Below, piece by piece: positions 1-9,372 of a stretch of DNA of 64,000 nt. This DNA is from an uncultured Bacillota bacterium (GTDB taxonomy: Bacteria > Sysuimicrobiota > Sysuimicrobiia > Sysuimicrobiales > Segetimicrobiaceae). Below the pieces are notes generated by a model, which searched no databases, had not been told where the DNA came from, and saw only the letters and a list, made by a program, of their open reading frames with translations. The stretch spans positions 96,001 to 160,000 of the forward strand of contig CAWDRG010000005.1 of NCBI GenBank assembly GCA_963804645.1, given 5' to 3'. Both the position numbers and the translations under genes were made by a program. The first letter of the stretch is position 1; every line of letters starts with the position of its first letter.

Positions 1-642
1 CGGCTCTCCCGCCCCGAACAGCCTGACGAGCACGAGGCCAGCGATAAACCCTCCAACGTGCGCGAAGTAGGCCACGCCGCCCGCCTCGGTCGACGTGATG
101 CTGCCGAACCCGCTGACTAACTGCGTCGCGAACCAGATTCCGATCAAGACCCAGGAGGTCAGGCGGGCGCTCCAGATCCAGAACGGCACGAGGATGGCGA
201 TCAAGATTCGGTCCCCGGGAAATACGATCTGGAACCCGCCGAGCACGCCGGCGATCGCGCCGCTGGCGCCGAGGTTCGGGACGGTCGAGGTCGGGTCCAC
301 GGCGATCTGCAGCGCGCTGGCCGCGAGCCCGCAGACGAAATAGAAGATGGTGAAGCGGACCGGCCCAAGGTAATTCGCCTCAAGCTCGTCTCCGAACACC
401 CACAGGTACAGCATGTTGCCGGCGATGTGGATAAAGTTCGCGTGCATGAACATCGAGGTGAACAGCGTCTCGAGATGTTCGCCGCGAACGATCTCAGCCG
501 GCTTCATTGAGTACCGGAGAATGAAGCTGTCTCCCAGCGCCAACTCGATCAGGAAGACGATAACGTTGGCCGTAATTATCAAGAAGAGCGCGATGGGAAA
601 TCGACTGAGCGGGCGGGTCTCGTCGCGCAGCGGTAGAATCAT
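1..642 (-). CDS. Rhomboid family intramembrane serine protease (3' end runs off window)
   Basis: Not in ORF track; manual translation from ATG 642: MILPLRDE...SMFMHANFIHIAGNMLYLW...GASGAIAG...AYFAHVGG (catalytic GxSG and His); purine-rich RBS upstream. Confidence 0.93.
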   Translation of the reverse strand, partial: MILPLRDETRPLSRFPIALFLIITANVIVFLIELALGDSFILRYSMKPAEIVRGEHLETLFTSMFMHANFIHIAGNMLYLWVFGDELEANYLGPVRFTIFYFVCGLAASALQIAVDPTSTVPNLGASGAIAGVLGGFQIVFPGDRILIAILVPFWIWSARLTSWVLIGIWFATQLVSGFGSITSTEAGGVAYFAHVGGFIAGLVLVRLFGAGEP

Positions 643-908
643 CGCCGCTTTCCCCCCAAAAACAAGTTACTCGCAGGTCTGGTCAACGCGCCGCCGTCCC
701 CGCTGGCATCGCCCGACGCGGTCGCGTCGTACGATCCGGTTCTGTGTCAGCGGCGGCACCGCGACCCCGACGATCTCGTGGACCCAGACCCGGCGTGGTC
801 GCACCACATCGTCGTGCGTCTTCGGCACCGGTCCGTACGAACGGTTCCCGCGGCGCGTGCCGGGACCCTTCCGGCGTCACGGACTGGGCCCGAGCCGGGA
901 CAAAGCTG

Positions 909-1520
909 TCAGCGCTCGGCAAGCGCGAGTTTGATGCCCAAGGCGACAAACGCGCCCGCGAAACCGCGGCGCATCCACGTCAACACCTGCGGACGCGAAA
1001 CGACGTGTGTCCGGATCCAAGCCGCGAACAGGCCGTATCCAACAAAGACAATAAACGTCAGGACCATGAACACCAGGCTCAGCGCGAACATGCGTGAGAG
1101 CGGATGTGGTTCGCGGGTGCTCACAAACTGCGGCAGGAATGCCACGAAGAAGATGGACAGTTTCGGATTGAGCAGGTTAATGAGGATCGCCCGCACGATC
1201 ACGTGCACGGTCGATCGTGTGTCGATGCCCGTGTCCACGCGAAGCGTGCCGCGGTCCCGCAGCGCGTTCCACGCCATGTAGAGCAGGTAGGCCACACCCA
1301 AGTATTTCAGGGTTTGGAATGCGAGCGCGCTTGCGTACAGCACGGCCGCCAGACCCATGATCGCCGCGGCCATGTGCGGGATGATCCCAAGCGTGCATCC
1401 GAACGCCGCAACGATACTGGCGCGCGGACCACGGGAGAGACCGGCCGCCATCGTGTAGAGGACGCCGATCCCCGGCGCCACGATCACGATCAGGGAGGTG
1501 ACGAGAAAGTCCGCGCTCAC
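909..1520 (-). CDS. LysE/RhtB family translocator
   Basis: IVAPGIGVLY N-terminus, GVAYLLYMAW, NLLNPKLSIFFVAFLPQF; GTG start after GAGGGGG. Confidence 0.92.
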   Translation of the reverse strand: MSADFLVTSLIVIVAPGIGVLYTMAAGLSRGPRASIVAAFGCTLGIIPHMAAAIMGLAAVLYASALAFQTLKYLGVAYLLYMAWNALRDRGTLRVDTGIDTRSTVHVIVRAILINLLNPKLSIFFVAFLPQFVSTREPHPLSRMFALSLVFMVLTFIVFVGYGLFAAWIRTHVVSRPQVLTWMRRGFAGAFVALGIKLALAER

Positions 1521-1593
1521 GGGATCCCCCTCGCGTGCGTCCGGTGTCCGCGACCGCACGACGGAGCGGCCCACTCCCCCACGCAACGCGGCG

Positions 1594-2757
1594 TCATTCT
1601 GTCTCCCACGGTCCTTTTGCCGCCCGGAACAGAGCGGCGAGAAAGCCGATCGCCATGCCGGCGTTGATGGCCAGAAAATTGTAGACGACCGACGCCACGG
1701 GAACTCGCCGTCCGGACCGCTCTCCCAGGTAGCCGAGCAGTCCGAGGCCCAGCACCAACGCCTCCAGCCACGCCGCAGCGAGATAGATGCCGCCGCGGGG
1801 CGCCAACACCACAGTTGAGATCACGAACGCGACGGCCACGAACGGGCCCAGCCACCGCAAAAAGTGGTGAGAGACGAGCCGCCACGTGATGACCGGATGG
1901 CGGAGGCTTTCCCGAACCCCCCACCGCCGCAGGATCATCGTCACGCTCTTGGAGACGCCCCGCACCTTCGCGCGAAACTCGCTCCGCGCGGACGAAAACG
2001 GTACGTCATGGACGATCGCGTCGTCCGCGAACACCACGCGCCCTCCCTGCAGGATCACGTCGAGCGGCGTCAGGGAGTCGGAGTCGTCGAGCGGACCGCC
2101 CATCGGGCGCCACACCTCCCGTCTCACGGCCATCCCCGCCCCGGTCGACCCCGCCAGGATCCCCAACTGACTTTCCACCCGCCGCAGGTCGGTCTCCAGC
2201 CCCCAGTACCACGTCCGGAGGGCTCCCGTCGCCGTCTCGTTCCCGCGCCAGGCGAGATTCCCGACCACACAACCGACCCGATCGTCTTCGCGAAACCGCG
2301 CGACGACGGCCCGAAGAAATCGGCGATCGAACTCAGAGTCGGCATCGGTGAACACGATGATGTCTACGTGTGCGCCGGCGACGGCGTCGTTCTGCGCGAG
2401 CGCCTTGCCGCGGCGGGGCAGCGCGAGCGCCGCCACACCGCGGGACGCGTAGCGCCGGGCGATCTCGACCGTGCGGTCGGTGCTCCCATCGGATGCCACG
2501 ACAATCTGCAGGCGGTCGCGCGGATAGTCGAGCGCCAGGAGGTTTTCGAGCCGTCGCGCGATGACCCGCTCCTCGTTGTAGACGGCGACGATCACCGCGA
2601 CGGTCGGCGCGTTGCGCTCGTCCACTCGTTGCGTCCCGTCCCGGGCGCTCCGCCGCCCCGGCATGCAGCATGCCGCGGCGCGCAGCAGAAGGTGATATCC
2701 CGCGTATGTGTACGCGAGCAGGGCCGCGGAGATCCAAAACACGAGAAACGCCGTCAC
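1594..2757 (-). CDS. Membrane-anchored family 2 glycosyltransferase
   Basis: N-terminal TM helix, VAVYNEE, VVASDGSTDRT, VFTDADS (DxD), C-terminal TMs; GTG overlaps upstream TGA; the longer track ORF overlaps the neighbour. Confidence 0.9.
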   Translation of the reverse strand: MTAFLVFWISAALLAYTYAGYHLLLRAAACCMPGRRSARDGTQRVDERNAPTVAVIVAVYNEERVIARRLENLLALDYPRDRLQIVVASDGSTDRTVEIARRYASRGVAALALPRRGKALAQNDAVAGAHVDIIVFTDADSEFDRRFLRAVVARFREDDRVGCVVGNLAWRGNETATGALRTWYWGLETDLRRVESQLGILAGSTGAGMAVRREVWRPMGGPLDDSDSLTPLDVILQGGRVVFADDAIVHDVPFSSARSEFRAKVRGVSKSVTMILRRWGVRESLRHPVITWRLVSHHFLRWLGPFVAVAFVISTVVLAPRGGIYLAAAWLEALVLGLGLLGYLGERSGRRVPVASVVYNFLAINAGMAIGFLAALFRAAKGPWETE

Positions 2758-4577
2758 CGGCGGGCCCGCCCGCGCGCGAGGTACGCGGTCGCCGCCCCAC
2801 GCACCCGCGCGTACTGCGCGTCCGAAAGCATCCTCCGGAGCACCGCGCGCCCCGTGTAGCTCATCTGCCAGCGCAGCAGCGTACCGCGATCGGGCCGGAC
2901 GAGATGCGCCAGGTCCGGTTCGCCGACCCCGCGGTGCAGGGCGTTTCTCCGCACCGGCCGCCCCGCCCGCAGCGGAAGCGGGTTCTGGCCCGGCCGAGAC
3001 ACGCACACGCGGGCGTAGCCGGCGTCCACGGCTTCGGCGAGCACCCGATGGCTGTAAATGCCGTGCGGGATCGACAGCGTATCGACCGGCCGCCCGAGCC
3101 GTTCCTGAAGTTCCTCCCGAGACGCCCGCAGCTCGCGGCGAAGCTCGTCCGGAGCGAGCCGCGTCAAATCCGGATGCGAACAGGTGTGGGATCCGAGCTC
3201 CATCCCGGACTCGGCGAGCTCCCGCACCTGGGGCCAGGACAGAAACGATGGGGTACCGACATGGCCCGTCGTAATGAAAAACGTCGCTCGAGCATCCATC
3301 CGAGCGAGCGCGGGCAGCGCGACCGTGGCATCGCTCTCCCAGCCGTCGTCGAACGTGAGGCAGATCGCGTCCGCAGAGGTCCCCGCGGGCGCACGCGCCG
3401 CGTCGGCGAGCGTCTGCACCGGAACCCCGACCGCCCGGACCCGCTCCAAGCAGCGGAGAAACAGCCTCCCGTCGATGTCCGACGGCCGGTCCAGTCCATC
3501 CGCGATGCGGTGGAACAGCAGCACCGTGAGCGTCGGCATTACGGGAGCGCCCGACCGAGTCCGCGACGTCAGAAAACGGGCACGCTCGAGCAGCGGTCGG
3601 GCCAGCAGGTACGCGGACGCCACGGTGCGCATGACGGGGGATCGCCACGTGGCTCCGACATACGCGTGGGGGTATCCGCCGAGGCTGAGCTTGAAGCGGT
3701 CGATCGAGGCCCGTCCGGTACCGCCGAGGTCGTAGCGCCTGAGCCCGCGCTCTACGGCGAACTGGATCACAGACCATTGAATCAGGTTGTTGGGCGCGTA
3801 CGCGCCGACCCCGGGCAGCGACGTGCCGCTCGTGAAGAAGATCTCCTCCTCATCGTGCACGAACAGCCCCATCGCGAGAATCCGGTCGTCCGCTCGGGCC
3901 GACAGAAACAGGAGGCGGTCCTTCGGCAGGAGATGCTCGAGCATCGCGCGGTAGAACCGAAGCCGGTGAGGCGGCCGCCGGCCGGATTTCGCAAATGTGC
4001 CTTCGAGCATCCGGTAAAACAGCGCCAGGTCCGACGGTCCGCCCGCGCAGCGCTCGACCACGACGCCGGCTTTCTCCGCCTTGCGGACCATGTTCCGCCC
4101 TCGGCTCTCCATCCGCTTCCACATCGCGTCAACCGACGCGTCGATGTCCATGAGCAGCGTGGGCACCTCGGTCACGCGCGCACCGGTGGCGCCGGCCATC
4201 GCGAGAAACTCCGGATCGGGCTCCGGCAGCATCCATTCGATCGACGCGTACCCGTGATCCCGCAGGAACCGAAGCTGCCCCTCAAGGATCTCGCGCCGCC
4301 GCCCCTCCGCCTCAGCCAGCCAGACCGGGCGCTGAAACGGGGTGAAACACCCGGGCAGCGGGCTCCCGATGAGACGCAGCGGTCCTCGGCGCGTCTCGAA
4401 CCATGGGACGAGCGCCAGCGGGGCACGCGCCTCGGTGAGCACGCCGACCGGCTGGTAGCCGGCCCCTTCCTGAACGACCCGCGCCCACTCGGTCTGCTGG
4501 TACACCGACGTCCCGCGGCGCGTGATCGCTTCTAGTTCCGCGCCGTGGACCAGCCGATGGGACAGCGCGTCGGTCAC
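2754..4577 (-). CDS. FemAB-like GNAT domain joined to NodB-type polysaccharide deacetylase (may be two genes)
   Basis: RNMVRKAEKAG, NNLIQWSVI, YDLGG, FKLSLGG; then LLFHRI, LTFDDG, ELGSHTCSHPDL; GTG start after GGAGGG. Confidence 0.85.
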   Translation of the reverse strand: MTDALSHRLVHGAELEAITRRGTSVYQQTEWARVVQEGAGYQPVGVLTEARAPLALVPWFETRRGPLRLIGSPLPGCFTPFQRPVWLAEAEGRRREILEGQLRFLRDHGYASIEWMLPEPDPEFLAMAGATGARVTEVPTLLMDIDASVDAMWKRMESRGRNMVRKAEKAGVVVERCAGGPSDLALFYRMLEGTFAKSGRRPPHRLRFYRAMLEHLLPKDRLLFLSARADDRILAMGLFVHDEEEIFFTSGTSLPGVGAYAPNNLIQWSVIQFAVERGLRRYDLGGTGRASIDRFKLSLGGYPHAYVGATWRSPVMRTVASAYLLARPLLERARFLTSRTRSGAPVMPTLTVLLFHRIADGLDRPSDIDGRLFLRCLERVRAVGVPVQTLADAARAPAGTSADAICLTFDDGWESDATVALPALARMDARATFFITTGHVGTPSFLSWPQVRELAESGMELGSHTCSHPDLTRLAPDELRRELRASREELQERLGRPVDTLSIPHGIYSHRVLAEAVDAGYARVCVSRPGQNPLPLRAGRPVRRNALHRGVGEPDLAHLVRPDRGTLLRWQMSYTGRAVLRRMLSDAQYARVRGAATAYLARGRARR

Positions 4578-4608
4578 CGAGCCCTCCGTCCCGGCGGCGC
4601 CGATGCGC

Positions 4609-5706
4609 TCACGACGCGGCCGCCGCGCGCTCGACGGCACGCGCGATTCCGTCGAGATGACGCGGCTGCAGGCTCTCGTTCACGGGCAGCACAAGGCCTC
4701 GCTCCGACCATGCCCGGGCCCCCGGGAAGGCTTCGAGCCCGAGGTCCGGCACCGCATCGGCACCAGGCCACTGTGATGCCCCGACCCCCATGGCGCGGAG
4801 CGCCCGGCACATGCGCGCAGGGTTCGACACGCGCACAGGGAGCACCTGAGACACGGAACCCTCCGGAGGCACCGGCACCGGGACGTCCACCCCTCGAACG
4901 GCCGCGAGCCGCTCGGCGAGCGCCGCGTAATGTGCGTTCCTCCGCCGGATGAGCGCGCGGATATCCATCGCCGCGAGCAACCGCGGCGACAGTCCGGACC
5001 CGCGCGCGGGCTCACCGCTGGGCTCGCCCCCGTCCCTCGGTCGAGCCCGCAGCCGATCCTCGATCGGCAGGATGTTCCATCCCAGGCGAAACGCAACGGA
5101 CTCGACGACGAGTTGCGCCAGGCGCACCGCCGGGACCGGCGGTTCCAGCGGCGGCGCGGCTGGGGAATCGGGCAGCGGCAGCGCCGGATCGTTCACGACG
5201 AGGACGCCACCGTCCGGCACCGGCAGCAGTTTGCGAAGGCTGAAGATCGCGAAATCCCCCGAGCGGCCCATCGGCCGCGGCGCATCCGGGTCGGGAAGCC
5301 CGTGGGCGCAGTCCTCGATGAGGTGCGCGCCCCGGGCACGGCACTGCTCGCGAGCGGACTGCGCGGGTCCGGCGAGACCAAAGTAATGGAGCAACACCAC
5401 GAGGTCCGCCGGGCGGGCGTCGTGGAATTCGGTGTTGGGCTGCAAGGTATCGGTAATGTCATACGGCACGAGCTGGAGCCCACGCTGGACGAGCGGCGCG
5501 ACCGCGGCCCGGCAGACGTACGCGGGGATCCAGGCACGCTGCCCCGGGACCGCCCCCATCGCCTGCAGCCCCGCGAGGAACGCGAGGCGACCGGTTCGAT
5601 ACCACCGCACGCGCGTCCCGAACAGCGCGGGCTGCCAATCGGGTCTCCCGCGGCGCGCAGCGTACAACTCGGCAAGCCCGATGACTCCCCGATCCGGTAC
5701 GTTCAC
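4609..5706 (-). CDS. Divergent DegT/DnrJ/EryC1/StrS-like PLP-dependent protein
   Basis: WIPAYVC, LHYFG, IEDCAHG, FSLRKLLPVPDGG (PLP lysine), IRRRNAHY, LVLPVN. Confidence 0.82.
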   Translation of the reverse strand: MNVPDRGVIGLAELYAARRGRPDWQPALFGTRVRWYRTGRLAFLAGLQAMGAVPGQRAWIPAYVCRAAVAPLVQRGLQLVPYDITDTLQPNTEFHDARPADLVVLLHYFGLAGPAQSAREQCRARGAHLIEDCAHGLPDPDAPRPMGRSGDFAIFSLRKLLPVPDGGVLVVNDPALPLPDSPAAPPLEPPVPAVRLAQLVVESVAFRLGWNILPIEDRLRARPRDGGEPSGEPARGSGLSPRLLAAMDIRALIRRRNAHYAALAERLAAVRGVDVPVPVPPEGSVSQVLPVRVSNPARMCRALRAMGVGASQWPGADAVPDLGLEAFPGARAWSERGLVLPVNESLQPRHLDGIARAVERAAAAS

Positions 5707-5754
5707 GACGACGTGGGTCCCCCGAGCGACGCGGCCCGACGAACGATCGCCATC

Positions 5755-7302
5755 TCAGCCGACCGCCGGAGTCACGGCACGCTTCCAGAGACGCGGCACC
5801 AGCCAGACGACCCCCAAGAAGAACGTTCCTGCGGCGGCGATCTGAAGCATCTGCCATCCGAAAAAGTCGAGTCCGAAACTCAGCAACAGAGAGTACGTGG
5901 CGTACAGGCAGAGAAACCTCGCAAACATCCCGGTCACTCCCGACAGCCGGCCGGCGACGCCGTACAGCGCCGCGAGCCCACCCATCACGACCGCCGACGC
6001 GACCAGCCCTCCGACGCCTCCGAACAGCACGTAAAACTCGCCCCACAGCGTCCAGATGTAGGTCGTGTACCACGCGCCGCTGATGTACAGCTCCTCACGC
6101 TGGTGTCCGAACACCACCGCGTACTCCTGGGCCATCCACGCGATCGGGAATGGATGCCAGGGGAGCAGATGCGACACCAGGGATTTCCCTTCGTTGAAGA
6201 GATTCACGTGCGCACGCGTGTCACGGCCCTTGTCGTTCACGACGTTGACGAGGGGGTCGATCCCCTCCAGGCGGTTGAAAAACGGGACGATGTTCAGGTA
6301 CGAAGCCGGCGGTACCGCGTCAAGATCCCGGTACGTGTCATAGAGGGTCAGCTGCTGGTTCCGCGTCGCTTCCCAATGCTGTCTGATCGCTTTCGCGCCG
6401 TTGAAGCTCAACACCCCAATCACCATCAGGGGAAGCACGAGCGCGATCATCGCTCGGCTGATCCGGTGTTCGCGGTCCTGCGCCAACCACGCAAAGAACC
6501 AGAACACCACGATCAAGAACACCGCCGCCTTGCTGCTGATGACGATACGGGTCGCAGCGTATCCGACGATTGCGACCAACGCCAGCGTGCGCACACCCCG
6601 TCCGAGCGACCGCCACTGCGCCACGGCGAGGACCAACAGCACCATCAGCCCGGTGTCGATATCGAGCACGGTGTAGTAGAACTTCCAGAAGTGGGACAGG
6701 TGCCGCGCGACCTCGCTGTGTCGATCCATCCCGATGTAGAGGTGTTCGTACACGCGATTCAGTTCGATCACGATCAAGAGCAGGCTCGCTGCCACGACCG
6801 AGAGCACCGGCCGCACGTCGATTCCCAACCGGCCGTCGCGCGCCGGGCCGCTCCACCGGTGCGCGATTCGCGCGCCCACGATGATCCCGCAACCCGAGCA
6901 GACGATTCCCGCCAACGCGTACTCGAGCGCGTGGTGCATGTCCCCACTCGTCGCCGGCGCGAGGAACTGGTCGTACAGGCCCCGGGGATCGATGATCAGC
7001 GCCATGGTGCGGAGCGGGAAAAACAAGAAGGCAAACAGGACAAACACCAGCATCACGGGGTGCCGCCGCTCCGCAACCGCGGTCGTAAGCAGCAGGAGCA
7101 CCAGCAACTGCCCAGCCACCAGAAGGATCGACGCGGTGTCGATCAGTCGGTTCTCGCCGAACACCGCAAACAGCACCGGTAGCGCGACGAGGCCGAGCGC
7201 CACAAGACCCGCGAGCAGCGCCTCCGGGGGCACGCCGCGGCCCGCGGCGCGCTGGCCCTCCCAGGCATGTCCGCCTGACGCCGCCCCGGCGGCGCTCGTC
7301 AC
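5755..7302 (-). CDS. Polytopic membrane protein, putative Wzy-type polysaccharide polymerase
   Basis: About 11-12 hydrophobic segments, large loop with FFNRLEGID and TLWGEFYVLFGG; operon context. Confidence 0.65.
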   Translation of the reverse strand: MTSAAGAASGGHAWEGQRAAGRGVPPEALLAGLVALGLVALPVLFAVFGENRLIDTASILLVAGQLLVLLLLTTAVAERRHPVMLVFVLFAFLFFPLRTMALIIDPRGLYDQFLAPATSGDMHHALEYALAGIVCSGCGIIVGARIAHRWSGPARDGRLGIDVRPVLSVVAASLLLIVIELNRVYEHLYIGMDRHSEVARHLSHFWKFYYTVLDIDTGLMVLLVLAVAQWRSLGRGVRTLALVAIVGYAATRIVISSKAAVFLIVVFWFFAWLAQDREHRISRAMIALVLPLMVIGVLSFNGAKAIRQHWEATRNQQLTLYDTYRDLDAVPPASYLNIVPFFNRLEGIDPLVNVVNDKGRDTRAHVNLFNEGKSLVSHLLPWHPFPIAWMAQEYAVVFGHQREELYISGAWYTTYIWTLWGEFYVLFGGVGGLVASAVVMGGLAALYGVAGRLSGVTGMFARFLCLYATYSLLLSFGLDFFGWQMLQIAAAGTFFLGVVWLVPRLWKRAVTPAVG

Positions 7303-8246
7303 GCAGCCCTCCCCGGGCGCAGCCGGCGGTATCGCATATACACGGGCGACAGCCAGTTGAACGCTCCCGTGCCAAGGTAGCTCAAGGCGTACGCGGCGGC
7401 CATCCGGGGAGACCGCGACGCGTATGGTCTGAGGAGTTCCCGGCACCGGTCGGGGTGGCCAGCCTTCCACTCGGCCAGGGCACCCTGCCACGCAATCTTC
7501 TTTGTAAACGCGCGCACTTCTTCGACGTACTCGACGTCCAGTTCGGGGTACCGCGCCCGAAGCTTCTCAAGCAGCAGGGTGTTCTCCACGCTGAACAGAT
7601 CGTAGTGGGTGTGCGTCCAGCTCTGTTCGTGTACGCGCCACTTGGCCAGCGGCTCGTCGATGCAGTCAATCTCATAGTCATGGGCGAGACGGAGAAATAG
7701 ATCCTTCTCCTCAACCACGTTGAACCGTTCGTCGAACCATTCCGGCAGGCTCTCGAGCGCCTCCCGACGCACGACGACGGTCTCGAGCGAGAGGAAGTAA
7801 TCGCCCAGCAGCTCGCGGAATGCCATGCCCCGCGGCGGCTTGTGGCGCCCGTACACCGGACCCATTTCACGCTTCGCGTCGAAAAAGATCGTGTCGCAGT
7901 AGACGAACCCAAGCCGGGGCGAGCGGTCGAACACCGCCACCTGCTTCTCGAGCTTGCGCGGAAACCAGAGATCGTCGCTGTCCAAAAACGCGAGGTAACG
8001 ACCGCGGGCCTGCTGGATCGCGAGGTTCCTCGCCTTGCCGAGCGGGTGGGTCTCCCCGCTTCTGAAATATCGGACTCGATCTCCGTAACTCTTCGCAATC
8101 GTACCGGTCGCGTCGGTGGATGCGTTGTCCCAGAACACAACCTCCCAGTCCGTGTACGTCTGCGCGAGAACGCTGTCGAGTGCCTCGCGCAGGTAGGCTT
8201 CCCCGTTAAGGCAGTTCACGATCACGCTGACCTCAGGCGTGGGCAT
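7299..8246 (-). CDS. Family 2 glycosyltransferase
   Basis: VSVIVNCLNGEAYLREALDSV, WDNASTD, ARNLAI, AFLDSDDLW. Confidence 0.93.
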   Translation of the reverse strand: MPTPEVSVIVNCLNGEAYLREALDSVLAQTYTDWEVVFWDNASTDATGTIAKSYGDRVRYFRSGETHPLGKARNLAIQQARGRYLAFLDSDDLWFPRKLEKQVAVFDRSPRLGFVYCDTIFFDAKREMGPVYGRHKPPRGMAFRELLGDYFLSLETVVVRREALESLPEWFDERFNVVEEKDLFLRLAHDYEIDCIDEPLAKWRVHEQSWTHTHYDLFSVENTLLLEKLRARYPELDVEYVEEVRAFTKKIAWQGALAEWKAGHPDRCRELLRPYASRSPRMAAAYALSYLGTGAFNWLSPVYMRYRRLRPGRAA

Positions 8247-9372
8247 CCCGCCTCTCGGAGGCGCCCATGAACGACCGAATGATGTCGATGATGAGTGCGA
8301 CATCCTGATCGGCCAGCGCGCAGTGCAGCGGCAGCGTCAGCATCTCTCCGTAGACGGCCTCCGTCACCGGCAGCACCAACCCAGGCTCGCGGAAATACGG
8401 CTGCAGGTGATTCGGTACGTAGTTCACGCTGGTCTCGATGTCACGATCCTTCAACGCCTGCATGAGGGCGTCGCGCCGGCCGTCCAGCACGCGGATCACG
8501 TAAATGTGGGGAGCAGCATGCCGGTAATCGATCGTCAACGTCCGGATGCTGGGCACGTCGGCGAACGCCCGGTCGTAGCGCCGGCAGATCTCGCGGCGCC
8601 TCGCGATGAACGCGTCGACTTTCGTGAGCTGCGCAAGCCCGATCGCGGCGTTGATGTTGCTCATGTGGTACCTGAACCCGAGCTCCGAGACTTCGTACCG
8701 CCACCCGCGGCCCTTCCAGCCAGGCTCCGTCGGAGCCGGACGAACCATGGCGAGCGATCGCTTGCGGCGCATCCGGTCGGCCAGGGTCGGGTCGACGCAC
8801 ACCACTGCCCCGCCCTCCCCGCACGTGATGTTTTTGATCGAATCGAAACTGAAGCACGCGACATCACCGAAGCTCCCAATCTTCCGGCCGCGGTACACCG
8901 AACCGAACGCGTGCGCCGCGTCCTCAACAACCCGAATCCCAGCCCGTGTCGCGAACTCCATGATGCGATCCATGTCGCACGGATTCCCCGCGTAGTGGAC
9001 CGGCATCACCGCTTTGGTCCGGGACGTGAGCCGCCGCTCCACGTCTTCCAGATCGATCGCCAGCGTCTCGGGCACCACGTCGCAGGCGACCGGCGTGGCG
9101 CCGGTCGCCTTGACGGCCTGAAACGACGAGACAAACGTGAGCGACGGAAGCACAACTTCGTCGCCGGGACCCAGCCCGAGCGTGGCCAGTGCGAGGTGCA
9201 GCGCGGCGGTGCCGTTGCCGACGCAGACGACATGCTCTGCACCGAGAAACTCGCGAAGGCGGTCTTCGAATTCATTCACCTTCTCCGCGTGGCCGTAGTA
9301 GCCCCGGTCCAGGGCGGCCTTGACGGCCTCGTACTCCCCGTCTCCGACGACCGGCTGCGACACGCGGATCAT
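8233..9372 (-). CDS. DegT/DnrJ/EryC1/StrS family nucleotide-sugar aminotransferase
   Basis: GTAALHLAL, PVHYAG, VEDAAHAFG, FSFDSIKNITCGEGG, GFRYHMSNINAAIG. Confidence 0.94.
   Translation of the reverse strand: MIRVSQPVVGDGEYEAVKAALDRGYYGHAEKVNEFEDRLREFLGAEHVVCVGNGTAALHLALATLGLGPGDEVVLPSLTFVSSFQAVKATGATPVACDVVPETLAIDLEDVERRLTSRTKAVMPVHYAGNPCDMDRIMEFATRAGIRVVEDAAHAFGSVYRGRKIGSFGDVACFSFDSIKNITCGEGGAVVCVDPTLADRMRRKRSLAMVRPAPTEPGWKGRGWRYEVSELGFRYHMSNINAAIGLAQLTKVDAFIARRREICRRYDRAFADVPSIRTLTIDYRHAAPHIYVIRVLDGRRDALMQALKDRDIETSVNYVPNHLQPYFREPGLVLPVTEAVYGEMLTLPLHCALADQDVALIIDIIRSFMGASERRDAHA

Noticed and set aside
683..949. Small ORF between rhomboid and LysE genes
   Set aside because: No RBS, motif or plausible composition
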